The notes: generated from the letters alone by a model not told the origin. A stretch of DNA of 64,000 nucleotides from a virus (IMGVR_UViG_3300030376_007339:1813-65812), one strand, 5' to 3'. Numbered from the stretch's first letter, positions 50,957-60,080 are shown. Numbers and translations are program-made.

Positions 50957-51016
50957 AGCGAGGCTTATGAAGACCCCTTACAAAACAATTATGCTTAAAG
51001 TACGTTTGGAAATACT

Positions 51017-51307
51017 ATGTGGAGACTACCTCGTGTAGCGGGAGTTCCGCTTTCTATAGACACCATAAAAAGCCTCACAAGGGCAGCAAAAGATAAAACT
51101 ACAGGACAGTATGCTACACCACTACTAATGGCTGAAAGAAGTCGTATTTGTCAAGAATGTCCATACGGTGGTAAAAGATGTGATTTATGTGGATGTTTTG
51201 TAAAAACAAAAACTTCACTGTTAAATTCAAAATGTCCAATTAACAAATGGCCGTCAGCGAGTGATGCGAGCATATACTCCACTGAGCATAATAACACAAA
51301 GGAATAA
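51017..51307 (+). CDS. Small Cys-rich protein (DUF6171-like pattern)
   Basis: R..IC.ECP....CDLCGCFVKTKT.L....CPINKW; family name from memory. Confidence 0.65.
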   Translation: MWRLPRVAGVPLSIDTIKSLTRAAKDKTTGQYATPLLMAERSRICQECPYGGKRCDLCGCFVKTKTSLLNSKCPINKWPSASDASIYSTEHNNTKE

Positions 51308-51499
51308 ACCCATTACGTAGTATGAAAGACTACCAGTATTCATAGTACCACCTTTTAACAAGATAATCATCATCAACACAGTTACCATTGAAAGTAATTG
51401 TACCATTATCATATCAACAATTACACTTCTGTTTGGATTTAACACATCAAGTGTTGTTGATGCAAGTGTGTGCGGCATATATCTATTTTTATCGTACAT
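51254..51499 (-). CDS. Small two-TM membrane protein
   Basis: Two hydrophobic stretches (VIVDMIMVQLLSMVTVLMMIILL; YYVMGLFLCVIMLSGVYA). Confidence 0.7.
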   Translation of the reverse strand: MYDKNRYMPHTLASTTLDVLNPNRSVIVDMIMVQLLSMVTVLMMIILLKGGTMNTGSLSYYVMGLFLCVIMLSGVYARITR

Positions 51500-52131
51500 T
51501 ATTTCAACCCCATGAAACTTCTTCCTATGCTTCCTATCCCACTACCAACTTTTGCCATAGTGCCTTCATCTTGTAATGCACTACTCAATGCACCCCCTAA
51601 TGCACTTTGTTGTTGCATAGAAACAACTTGTTGAGCGTTCATTTGACTTTCATTTACTTTCTGTGTTGCAGATGATTGTAAATTACCAAACTGTGCTTTT
51701 ACGTTTTCAGCACTCATGGTTTGCAAATTTTGAGGTAATGAAGATACGTCCATTACCATAGTTCCATCATCATTCACATTGAATGTTGCACCTCTAAGTA
51801 TTTCAAGAACGTTAAGTGTAATCAAATTACTAAGCATTTCAACCAGTATGCCCATTTGTGGACTCGCAATATACCTTTCAATTGGTACACTGTTTTGCAT
51901 TAAGAAAAGTTGCATTTCTAATTCACTTGGCGGTTGATACTGCTGCTGCTGTTGTTGTTGTTGACCCCACATATTCTGTTGTTGACCAAACATATTCTGT
52001 TGTTGAGATGGGAAAGGATTCCCCCATCCAGTTGGGGCGGCACCGTTTGATACGCCCAAGTTTAGACTCCCATTTTGCATAGGAGTGTTGTTATTTACGC
52101 CTAAATTTAGCATCTCACTCACCCACCCCAA
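51499..52131 (-). CDS. Q/N-rich protein
   Basis: 210 aa; poly-Q tract and QQNM[FW]G repeats; amphipathic C-terminus. Confidence 0.7.
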   Translation of the reverse strand: MGWVSEMLNLGVNNNTPMQNGSLNLGVSNGAAPTGWGNPFPSQQQNMFGQQQNMWGQQQQQQQQYQPPSELEMQLFLMQNSVPIERYIASPQMGILVEMLSNLITLNVLEILRGATFNVNDDGTMVMDVSSLPQNLQTMSAENVKAQFGNLQSSATQKVNESQMNAQQVVSMQQQSALGGALSSALQDEGTMAKVGSGIGSIGRSFMGLK

Positions 52132-53074
52132 CCGTTTCTTCCAAATGAGGGTTTTGTTGAACTACTTGATTAACTTGTTGTTCCAAAATGTTTTGAAATG
52201 CTGGCGTTGGTTGATTCATTAAAGCAATTTCTTGTTTAAAAATACGTAAATCAAACACCACTGTTGTAATATCATTTTCTTTTGTCACTGGATTTGTATA
52301 ATAAATTATGTTAATACCGTTTGTCCTTCTTGCATCTTTTTCTAATTCAGCGAAAAAAGGTTCATATTTTTGTAGCATAGCAGGTGTAGGGTCTTTCTTT
52401 GCTACTGCGGCAACTGGCACTGTAACAATTGATACGCCCTTTTTCACTCTATCACGTAATCTTTTTGGATTCGCTTGGTTTATTTTTTCTTCTTCTGCTT
52501 CCCATTTGCAAAGTAAATGATAGAGATGCATATGTTCAGGACAATATGTACCTCTCATTTTTTGTCCACTGGAAACTTTTTCTCTTGCTATAAACGCCTC
52601 AGGTTGTCCCGTTACAGGATTTTGCCAATACATTTCCCACAAACTTCGCCCTGTATCTTCATCGGAAATTTTTGCATACAAATTATCATGTTGAATTAAA
52701 GCAGCACAATCACAACCATCAACAACACAAACATTGGTTTGTTTATTGTATCTATACTTTCTACCAAATATCCATCTTACAGGATTAACAATATTTGTTT
52801 TTGCTGGAGTTAGTAACTTGTAAGCCTGTTTTATATCCTTTCTTCTCGCTTTATTCGGGTCAGGGTGTCTTGAAGGATAAAAATTAACTTTCGGAACCTC
52901 AATATTCGCATTAGCGGATGCTTCTCTCATTGCTGCTTGAGCAGTAGTTTGTTCCATAAGTGCAGCATGTGATAATGAAGCATTACCCTGTTGCGCTAAT
53001 GCCAACAAATGTGCATTATTCATTTCTGTTAAACTTTGATTATTTTGTTGTTGAAACATATTCATCATTCTCAT
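52115..53074 (-). CDS. Q-rich protein with Cys/His Zn-binding motif
   Basis: CVVDGCDC...YCPEH..H..C. Confidence 0.7.
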   Translation of the reverse strand: MRMMNMFQQQNNQSLTEMNNAHLLALAQQGNASLSHAALMEQTTAQAAMREASANANIEVPKVNFYPSRHPDPNKARRKDIKQAYKLLTPAKTNIVNPVRWIFGRKYRYNKQTNVCVVDGCDCAALIQHDNLYAKISDEDTGRSLWEMYWQNPVTGQPEAFIAREKVSSGQKMRGTYCPEHMHLYHLLCKWEAEEEKINQANPKRLRDRVKKGVSIVTVPVAAVAKKDPTPAMLQKYEPFFAELEKDARRTNGINIIYYTNPVTKENDITTVVFDLRIFKQEIALMNQPTPAFQNILEQQVNQVVQQNPHLEETVGVGE

Positions 53075-53250
53075 TTACTCACATCCACATCTTTCTCTAT
53101 TTTTACTGTAAAATTTCTCATATTAGAAACAGACCATACAATTTTATCACCCGGTTTTAAATCCATCAATTTAGCAATCCAGTATGGTATTACTGTTCTT
53201 ACACAGTTACTATTCTTATTTACAGAAACTACCGTTGTTTTATCCGTCAT
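53071..53250 (-). CDS. AbrB/SpoVT-like swapped-hairpin DNA-binding protein
   Basis: Not in the track; RBS GGTGA; 59 aa MTDKTTVVSVNKNSNCVRTVIPYWIAKLMDLKPGDKIVW..., a typical archaeal AbrB pattern. Confidence 0.75.
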   Translation of the reverse strand: MTDKTTVVSVNKNSNCVRTVIPYWIAKLMDLKPGDKIVWSVSNMRNFTVKIEKDVDVSK

Positions 53251-53260
53251 TTTTTTTCAC

Positions 53261-53977
53261 CTATATCGTTAATAAATCAATCATTGTATTTTCCACATTC
53301 CATCCTATGCGAGTAGCCATAAAAGACCGTTTTGTAGGAATACCTGCTTTTTGTAATCTAATTAAATCATCTCTAAATGCATCAAAAACTTTGTGTTCTC
53401 CAATGCGACCTTGCTGCCATAGTGTAGCGGCCGTATCATCAAAGAACCTGTCAGCCTTATTCGCTACAAGCATGACTAATCTTGGTGCATACTTTTTCCC
53501 TTTCCACCGACTTTTAAGATTTCTATATCTGTAACTTTTATTTATCAAACAATCAACAAGATATTTGAAACCACCAATTTGTTGTATAGCATCATCTCCA
53601 CCATTGAATGCTCTATCATCAAAAATGAATACAACGGCTTCAACTTGACGAGCAACCATGTCATCAATCCATAAACTCCAAAATCTTTCATCGCCACCTA
53701 CATCAGAAGAAAATACCACTCTTCTATCACCTTTCCATGAAATACGTTTTCTTGTGGGTTTAGGTAACATATATCTTCCAAATATACGTATGTGATTAGT
53801 TCTTTCTTCATTACTAATCTCTTCCATTTCTCCCGGTGTTGTCATGTAACGGTCAAGTGTAGTTTTTCCAACCATTCTTGCACCATATATTCCCACCTTT
53901 CTTGGTCGCCAAGAATTGTAAATTGTTCTCCCCCATACTGCTGCACCAACTAAAGCAGAACCAGCAGGGTCAACCAT
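53261..53977 (-). CDS. Small GTPase, Arf/Sar-like (Ras superfamily)
   Basis: G1 GARMVGKTT, G2 T, G3 DVGG followed by x5-LW, beta4 AVVFIFD, G4 NKAD, G5-like ATRIGWNVE; hydrophobic N-terminal helix. Confidence 0.9.
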   Translation of the reverse strand: MVDPAGSALVGAAVWGRTIYNSWRPRKVGIYGARMVGKTTLDRYMTTPGEMEEISNEERTNHIRIFGRYMLPKPTRKRISWKGDRRVVFSSDVGGDERFWSLWIDDMVARQVEAVVFIFDDRAFNGGDDAIQQIGGFKYLVDCLINKSYRYRNLKSRWKGKKYAPRLVMLVANKADRFFDDTAATLWQQGRIGEHKVFDAFRDDLIRLQKAGIPTKRSFMATRIGWNVENTMIDLLTI

Positions 53978-54220
53978 CTAATCACCCGCCACCCAATTAG
54001 AAACTTTATTCCAAAACCATTCAACAGTATTTTCCCAAATAGAAACATCTGATGAAAGTTCATATGCACTTGTGATTAATATTGCACAACTGGTAAACAA
54101 TATAGTCCTCAACCAGCCCATACCTTTTTCATAATAGGTATCAAGTGTATTTTGAGTATGCATAGCCCTTAAAGTAGCCTCGGTAGAATCATCTGTAGGG
54201 GTTTTGAAAATACGCCCCAT
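53978..54220 (-). CDS. Single-TM protein with Trp-rich amphipathic C-terminal helix
   Basis: GWLRTILFTSCAILITSAY; IWENTVEWFWNKVSNWV. Confidence 0.7.
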   Translation of the reverse strand: MGRIFKTPTDDSTEATLRAMHTQNTLDTYYEKGMGWLRTILFTSCAILITSAYELSSDVSIWENTVEWFWNKVSNWVAGD

Positions 54221-54229
54221 AATCCCACC

Positions 54230-54793
54230 TCACTTCTTTTTCTTAGGGTCTTCCTTCTTATCCTCTTCTTCCTCTTTGATGCCAAGATTGATTGGTTGGT
54301 CAATCTGTGCATCATGCTGAGGAATACCGGGATTAAACATCGTTGTATCGTAAGAAGAAATCATAGATGGCGCACCACCCGGTACACCCCAACTAGGTGG
54401 CATTTTACCCGGATTCTGTTCCATCCAACGTATTTCCGCCTCAAGTTGAGCCTCTTGCATACGCATTTCCATGTCAGACCTTCGATTATCAAAGTTTGCT
54501 TGCATTTGTTTGTACCTATGTTGCCTTGTTTTTTCCATATTGGTTGCTCTAACTCTTTCTTGCATATTTTGTTCAAAAAACATCTTAAAAAAGTAATACG
54601 CTAATCCTTGTACGAAAAACGCCGCCATTGCATATGTAAACCCATTTAGCATGGGTGTATCACTAATCAACCACAACTTGGAATCAAAAATTCCTATTGC
54701 TAATCCTACAAGACCAGATTGGGCCAAAATTAACCCCATCAAGCGTATTTCCGCATCGTTCGCATCACCTTGTGTATTCATCTTCCTCACCAT
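54230..54793 (-). CDS. Two-TM protein with coiled coil and P-rich/K-rich tail
   Basis: LMGLILAQSGLVGLAIGIF and FTYAMAAFFVQGLAYYFF, then E/Q/R/M coiled coil; possible start ATG 54781 after GGTGAGG. Confidence 0.75.
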   Translation of the reverse strand: MVRKMNTQGDANDAEIRLMGLILAQSGLVGLAIGIFDSKLWLISDTPMLNGFTYAMAAFFVQGLAYYFFKMFFEQNMQERVRATNMEKTRQHRYKQMQANFDNRRSDMEMRMQEAQLEAEIRWMEQNPGKMPPSWGVPGGAPSMISSYDTTMFNPGIPQHDAQIDQPINLGIKEEEEDKKEDPKKKK

Positions 54794-54805
54794 AGGTCAA
54801 AATAT

Positions 54806-54930
54806 TAGTCAATTTAATCTTTTCGGAATATATGTCATTATTGTCATCATTCACTTCATACTAATGAAATATATATTATTATTATTATAATAGTCAATTT
54901 GATGACTAACGTTATGACATTTATGACATC
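54806..54930. promoter_or_regulatory. Symmetric AT-rich intergenic element with TGAC[AT] repeats
   Basis: TAGTCAATTT at 54806 and 54891; TGTCAT x2 (54833, 54842) versus ATGACA x2 (54914, 54923) flanking an (ATT)n tract. Confidence 0.55.
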
Positions 54931-56180
54931 TAAAGTAATGTTCCCATTTCTCTAAAATGCCTTGCTCTATTTGTATGCGGGTCTTCAGGCACGATTCTAT
55001 GGTCTTTTGTATGACTCATATCAGGCCCTCCGTGTCCGTAAATACCTCTTTTCTTACGTTCTCGATTTAATTCTTCACGATACTTTACTCGTTCAGGTGT
55101 TGATTCATATTTTTTATCATATTCTAATTTATGTCGTTTGGCTTCGGGGCTTACACGCTCTTTGAGCAGTTGGAAGGCGATGTCTATAGGTTCGCTACGC
55201 CTAAATATTTCAGCATGTGGATTTACCATTGGTTGACCTTCACCCGCTAAAGGTATCATATTGAATGTGGGTTCTCCATCATATGTTGTTCCCATAATGT
55301 TAGTTTGTTTTTTTCTACCTTCAGGAGTATCTGCCATAACATCTTGATAGGTTTCCATAGGTTCTGCTTCTTTAGAACCTGTGTGACCAAGATATTCTTC
55401 ATCAAGATACGCAATCATATCATCACTACTCATAGGTTCATGTTCAGGATGAAACTTATTATTTCCCGCTTCATTCATTGTAGGACTCACTTCATTCATT
55501 GTAGGACTCACTTCAGGAGGTTGGTAATTTCCATCCACCCACCTTTCAAAAAATCTTTCCCGTTTTTCTCCCATCAGTTCTTCGTAAAGTCTTGCTCGTC
55601 GCTGTTTTTCTGCTTCGGCTCTTATCTCTCTTTCATTTGTTGGACTTCTGTATTCGTATTTTGGCCCTCTATATTCATACGGGATTGGTTTTTTAACTCC
55701 ATCAGCGTAGGTAATAGATGTAGGTCTTTGAACTGGTAAACCAAACTTAGACATGTCGGGTAAATCATCTTCTTTAAGCAACCGCCAAGCAAGATTCATC
55801 GGCTCTCCAGTTGCTATCCCTGCTTCTTCTCTTGCTCTATCAGCAGATTCTTTAGCACCACTTAACTGTTCTTGCGCCCGCATTTCTTGACGTTGTTTAT
55901 GAGCGTCACTTGCTTCTTTTGCTTTAGCCGCCGCTTTTACTTTTGGGTTGTTAGCAACATCATCAACTCTTTTTGCTGCTGCGCCTATTTTTTGTCCAAT
56001 GGGTGATTGTGCTGCTCTTGTTGCTAATCCTGCTACTGCTCTACCACCCGCCATTGCAGCGCCGCCTAATGTTTTGGCACCTGCTACAAGGGGCGCAACA
56101 AGTCCTGCAAGAGGAGCAAACTTCTCAACGTTGTCCTCGGTTTTGATTACCAAAACCTTACCGGGCATGACTACTCCCAT
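54930..56180 (-). CDS. Three-module protein with two tags and a C-terminal HNH-like basic domain
   Basis: KVLVIKT N-terminus; TGEPMNLAWRLLK (55773-55811); SEPIDIAFQLLK (55161-55196); ...DMSH.....NRARH. Confidence 0.75.
   Translation of the reverse strand: MGVVMPGKVLVIKTEDNVEKFAPLAGLVAPLVAGAKTLGGAAMAGGRAVAGLATRAAQSPIGQKIGAAAKRVDDVANNPKVKAAAKAKEASDAHKQRQEMRAQEQLSGAKESADRAREEAGIATGEPMNLAWRLLKEDDLPDMSKFGLPVQRPTSITYADGVKKPIPYEYRGPKYEYRSPTNEREIRAEAEKQRRARLYEELMGEKRERFFERWVDGNYQPPEVSPTMNEVSPTMNEAGNNKFHPEHEPMSSDDMIAYLDEEYLGHTGSKEAEPMETYQDVMADTPEGRKKQTNIMGTTYDGEPTFNMIPLAGEGQPMVNPHAEIFRRSEPIDIAFQLLKERVSPEAKRHKLEYDKKYESTPERVKYREELNRERKKRGIYGHGGPDMSHTKDHRIVPEDPHTNRARHFREMGTLL
55470..55511. repeat. Perfect 21-bp tandem duplication (EVSPTMN x2)
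   Basis: ttcattcattgtaggactcac at 55470-55490 and 55491-55511. Confidence 0.9.
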
Positions 56181-56232
56181 GTGTCGAGCATTCTAAATCA
56201 TATCGCTTTTTAACAAGCATTGGTGAGAGGCC

Positions 56233-57549
56233 GTGGCTATAGTCTTTGTTAAGCAACAACAAAAACTTCCATTAGAGTTTAATAGGTCACCCGCACCTGA
56301 AAAGAGAGTTATTGAACAAGAAGAATTCACAAAAAAAGACCATGAAAAATTAAATAAACTTTTAAATGATTTTTATCGTGATTTTAATCCTGATGATGTA
56401 ACTAATATTGATGAATATTTTGTAGGTACATTACATAACATAAGACAAGAATTTGATTGGCATAAAGGAAAATATAAAGATTCACCTCTTGATAAATATC
56501 CTTTTACTTTAGTTGATACTCTTTTTTCAAATAGAAATTATGAAGGTCCGTTTAAGGAATATATGGATGATAAATACAAGTTTATCGATACAACTCATCA
56601 GTCTACATTACCTCAACACATGTTAGGGTTATATACAGAAAACTTTCTTGACCCTGAAACTGGTAAAGTAAGGGAAGGTGCAATTCCACCTGTGAATGCA
56701 TTAAAAGTTGTAGGAAGAAGTTATCTTCCAGAAATTATGACTCGACACGGACTTTTACCAACAAGAAGTTACGATAACTTAGATTATGAAAGGGGTTCGG
56801 CTATGGCCGCAGGTATGCCTTTTGGTTCAGCAAAGCAAATTCAATTAGACGAAGCGGGAAATAAACCGATGGATTTGCAAGGTATGACAGGTGGTTTTGT
56901 AATACCAGCAAATATGGTGGATTTATCAAGAGTCATATTAGGAAATCCTGAAGAAGCAAGGAGAGGCGGGGCTGGACTTATAGGAATAAGAGGTTTTGGT
57001 GCGCCTTCTTCCGATGAAATTCAACTTAGACCACCCTCAGGAAATCCTATGGAAAGAGTTGCTGAAGGTATGCATATGAATAGAATACCACCTGAAAGGT
57101 TAGTTCCTGTAAGAGCGCCACTAAGTGAAAAAAGGGAATATACTCTTACAAATCCTGAAGGTTACTTTGGAAATGCAAAAGATATACCAAAGTTAAGAGG
57201 CTATTATGGAAAAGATACTTCAGGATATAACCCTGAAAATCGATATAAATTTGAAGACATACCAATTTCAATGTTCCCTGAACAATTTGCTGGTATGTAT
57301 GATGAAGAGGGATTTCCTATGATTGATGGTAAAAAAGTTGATGATGTAACAAGATACAACTTTTCTCGTTACAATCCGTATGAGCAATTTAACCCATTAT
57401 CTAATGAACTTTACTTACAAACAACTCCTCCAAGTTGGGGAACAGTATTAGAAAACTTAAAAAATTTAAACCAAGAGGATTTAGAAGGGATAAGAGATAA
57501 TTTATCTGCGGGTCAATCGAAAGCGGAATTGTACGGTAGCATTAAGTGA
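56233..57549 (+). CDS. Hypothetical protein with possible degenerate ADP-ribosyltransferase-like fold
   Basis: LPEIMTRHGLLP...IPPERLV pattern recalls Tpt1/ART-fold viral proteins; N-terminal AIVFVKQ. Confidence 0.55.
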   Translation: MAIVFVKQQQKLPLEFNRSPAPEKRVIEQEEFTKKDHEKLNKLLNDFYRDFNPDDVTNIDEYFVGTLHNIRQEFDWHKGKYKDSPLDKYPFTLVDTLFSNRNYEGPFKEYMDDKYKFIDTTHQSTLPQHMLGLYTENFLDPETGKVREGAIPPVNALKVVGRSYLPEIMTRHGLLPTRSYDNLDYERGSAMAAGMPFGSAKQIQLDEAGNKPMDLQGMTGGFVIPANMVDLSRVILGNPEEARRGGAGLIGIRGFGAPSSDEIQLRPPSGNPMERVAEGMHMNRIPPERLVPVRAPLSEKREYTLTNPEGYFGNAKDIPKLRGYYGKDTSGYNPENRYKFEDIPISMFPEQFAGMYDEEGFPMIDGKKVDDVTRYNFSRYNPYEQFNPLSNELYLQTTPPSWGTVLENLKNLNQEDLEGIRDNLSAGQSKAELYGSIK

Positions 57550-57553
57550 TATT

Positions 57554-58870
57554 ATGGGTAAAATACGAATTGTAAAATCTTTGCAAGATGTAATGGACCT
57601 TTATCATAGTAAAGAAACAGTTAGACCTGTGGATTATGATAATCTTGTAGAATTACTCGCTGAAAATAAAAATTTACAAGAAAATCCTACCCCTGTAAGA
57701 TTAAAGAAACCAATTACTGTACCTGTGTTAAAACCAAGCCAAGTAGCCTTAGAACAGGCAACATCTGACCATTTAAATGACCAAATTGATGATTTCCATG
57801 ATGAGGACTATACACGCTATCAAAATGAAATAGAAAGACAACAGTTAGAGCAGCAGTTATTGATTGACCAAGAAAATCGCAATTATTTAAATTGGCTTAA
57901 TAATCCTGCTACAACATTAAAAGCAGAAAAACTTCCCATATATAATTCTGATAAACACGGAGACTTGACTGGTTTTAGATGGCAAGCAGAAAGATTACTT
58001 CCAACTTTTGCTCAACCGCAACATTTGACAGGTAGTAGGTCACTTCCCTCATCTCCAATTGGATATGAACTATTAGAGGCAGTTGATAGAGGAAAAGAAA
58101 CTTTACCGGGTTTTGAAGAAGGATATAAACAAAAAGTACTTGATAAATATAAGCCTCGACAAAGTGAACCTAATTTTCCAATACGTTCATATAAAATTCC
58201 GACTTTTTCAGGCACTTGGGTAAGTCCATCCGATATACAATCTTTAGGTAACCCTGATGTATCTCAAAATATAACTGATAAGCAGCATTTATTAGGTATT
58301 TTAGAAGGTAACGAGCCAAATTTTTACAGACCGCATCTTGCTATGGGCGATTCAGGAATAATGGAGGGTTATCAATACGGCGGTTATGACCCATCATCAT
58401 ACGTTAGCGTACCCCTACCGGCTGGAATTCACGGACCGGTTGGTATGAGTAGATTAATTAGCCAAGCCTATGAAGATAAAGATTCACCACAAATGCAACA
58501 ACTCATAGATTGGGGTATCCCTAAGGGAATACCTGAAATTTCAAGAACTTGGCAACAAAACAAACCTGCTACTTTTGACGAATTAAATCAGGCTGGTTAT
58601 TTTAAAGTTGCAAGCGAAGATAACCCATTTCACGATGCATTAACGCTTTTGAAAGAAAAAATTAACATTAATCATGATAATATGGAAGATGATTTTAAAA
58701 ACGACATAATGACGTTAGACAGAAATCATACCATAGATAAAAACAAACAAGGTTTTTCTGTTGATAATGTAACTCCTGAAATGAAAAAGGTCATTGAACT
58801 CATGGCAAGAGACATGTCAAATAAACCTGCAATGGAAAAGAAAAAAGATAAGCGACCCTTCTTCTCCTGA
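57554..58870 (+). CDS. Hypothetical protein with N-terminal KIRIVKS and tag NPFHDALTLLKE
   Basis: 438 aa; tag at 58622-58657. Confidence 0.7.
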   Translation: MGKIRIVKSLQDVMDLYHSKETVRPVDYDNLVELLAENKNLQENPTPVRLKKPITVPVLKPSQVALEQATSDHLNDQIDDFHDEDYTRYQNEIERQQLEQQLLIDQENRNYLNWLNNPATTLKAEKLPIYNSDKHGDLTGFRWQAERLLPTFAQPQHLTGSRSLPSSPIGYELLEAVDRGKETLPGFEEGYKQKVLDKYKPRQSEPNFPIRSYKIPTFSGTWVSPSDIQSLGNPDVSQNITDKQHLLGILEGNEPNFYRPHLAMGDSGIMEGYQYGGYDPSSYVSVPLPAGIHGPVGMSRLISQAYEDKDSPQMQQLIDWGIPKGIPEISRTWQQNKPATFDELNQAGYFKVASEDNPFHDALTLLKEKININHDNMEDDFKNDIMTLDRNHTIDKNKQGFSVDNVTPEMKKVIELMARDMSNKPAMEKKKDKRPFFS

Positions 58871-58871
58871 T

Positions 58872-59111
58872 ATGGAAGCCAGCGTATATTCAATTTCAAT
58901 TGTATTAGGTTTTGTTATTGCACGTCTTGGTGTTGAATACACCAATATACGTTTACGAGTCGGTCCTATTAGGATACATCATTGGATGTGGGCTACCGCT
59001 ATTATGCTTGCAGTATATTTTTCTATAGAATTACCTGACTGGTTATGGGGTATTTTACTTGGAATTGCTTTGGAAGGTTTGAGGCGGAAAGAGTGGGGAT
59101 GGCGAGCATAG
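58872..59111 (+). CDS. Small membrane protein with HHW motif
   Basis: Likely start 58872; three hydrophobic segments; RIHHWMW. Confidence 0.6.
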   Translation: MEASVYSISIVLGFVIARLGVEYTNIRLRVGPIRIHHWMWATAIMLAVYFSIELPDWLWGILLGIALEGLRRKEWGWRA

Positions 59112-59928
59112 GCTCTTGCTTGATTTTTCTTACAATCTTCAAAGCGTCATCTAATCTATTTTCATCAATGCCACTTTCAAAGCCCCAAGCATTAAGATGA
59201 CGGACTAATGTTTCTGTGCTAAGATTAGAACCACTACCTTCAACCATTGGACAACCACCTAGTCCGCCAATACTTGCATCAAATTGTTTAATTCCAGCAA
59301 GCAAACCTGCTCTTACTAAAGTTAAAGGTCGGGACTCATCTCCTTTATGATGAAGATGGAGAGCAGGGATTAAACTTTCTTTAAGTGCTAATCTTGCCAT
59401 TTGTTTTATTTGATTTTTGTCTCCAATACCTACAGTATCAGAAAATACAACAGTATTACCAAATAACTTAGCATCTATTATACAACTTTTCAAAATATCT
59501 TCATCAAACAGACCACTATAGGGTGAGCCAAAAGCCATGGAAATGTAAACTCGCACTTTTTCTTTTGGATATTTATTCAAAAATGAATGATAATGAAAAA
59601 CTAATTCGCTACGTGTCATCCGAAAACTTCTCATGTTAAAGGTTTCGCAAGGAGAAAGCACGATGTTGACTTTTTCAACACCAGTTGCCATGGCTCTATC
59701 AAAACCACGCTTGTTCATTACAAGACCTGCACCTTTTCCGGTAAACACTTTTTCAGCATCAGCCATTTGAGGTATAATTTTTGGATGAGCAAATGAAACT
59801 TCTTCGATGTTTTCTACACCAGCATCGTATAGGGCTTTGATAAGAAGACGCTTGTTTTTTGTATCAACTATATGGGGTAAATATTGCAAACCGTCACGAG
59901 GGCCAACCTCGTAAACGGTGACCTTCAC
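59023..59928 (-). CDS. hmgL: Hydroxymethylglutaryl-CoA lyase-like enzyme (DRE-TIM), auxiliary metabolic gene
   Basis: GTG start 59928 after AGGAGG; EVGPRDGLQ, SDTVG, LHLH, GGLGGCP...SNLSTE signature motifs intact. Confidence 0.88.
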   Translation of the reverse strand: MKVTVYEVGPRDGLQYLPHIVDTKNKRLLIKALYDAGVENIEEVSFAHPKIIPQMADAEKVFTGKGAGLVMNKRGFDRAMATGVEKVNIVLSPCETFNMRSFRMTRSELVFHYHSFLNKYPKEKVRVYISMAFGSPYSGLFDEDILKSCIIDAKLFGNTVVFSDTVGIGDKNQIKQMARLALKESLIPALHLHHKGDESRPLTLVRAGLLAGIKQFDASIGGLGGCPMVEGSGSNLSTETLVRHLNAWGFESGIDENRLDDALKIVRKIKQEPMLAIPTLSASNLPKQFQVKYPITSQVIL

Positions 59929-60080
59929 TGAGGCCCCCTCCTTAGCCCCTGCCAACACATTTCATCTAATTCTTCAGGACTTTCAAAAAACATTACATCT
60001 TTTCCAATGTTATCAAATGCACTAAATGTGGCTGCTACAAGTATAATCAAAAAAAGAAGTAACCAATAAAAAAGCAGCAT
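59925..60080 (-). CDS. 51-aa single-TM protein
   Basis: Not in the track; MLLFYWLLLFLIILVAATFSAF...; its stop overlaps the HMGL GTG. Confidence 0.55.
   Translation of the reverse strand: MLLFYWLLLFLIILVAATFSAFDNIGKDVMFFESPEELDEMCWQGLRRGPQ

Noticed and set aside
51254-51499. Definite holin call
   Set aside because: Two TM segments alone are insufficient, and no endolysin is adjacent.
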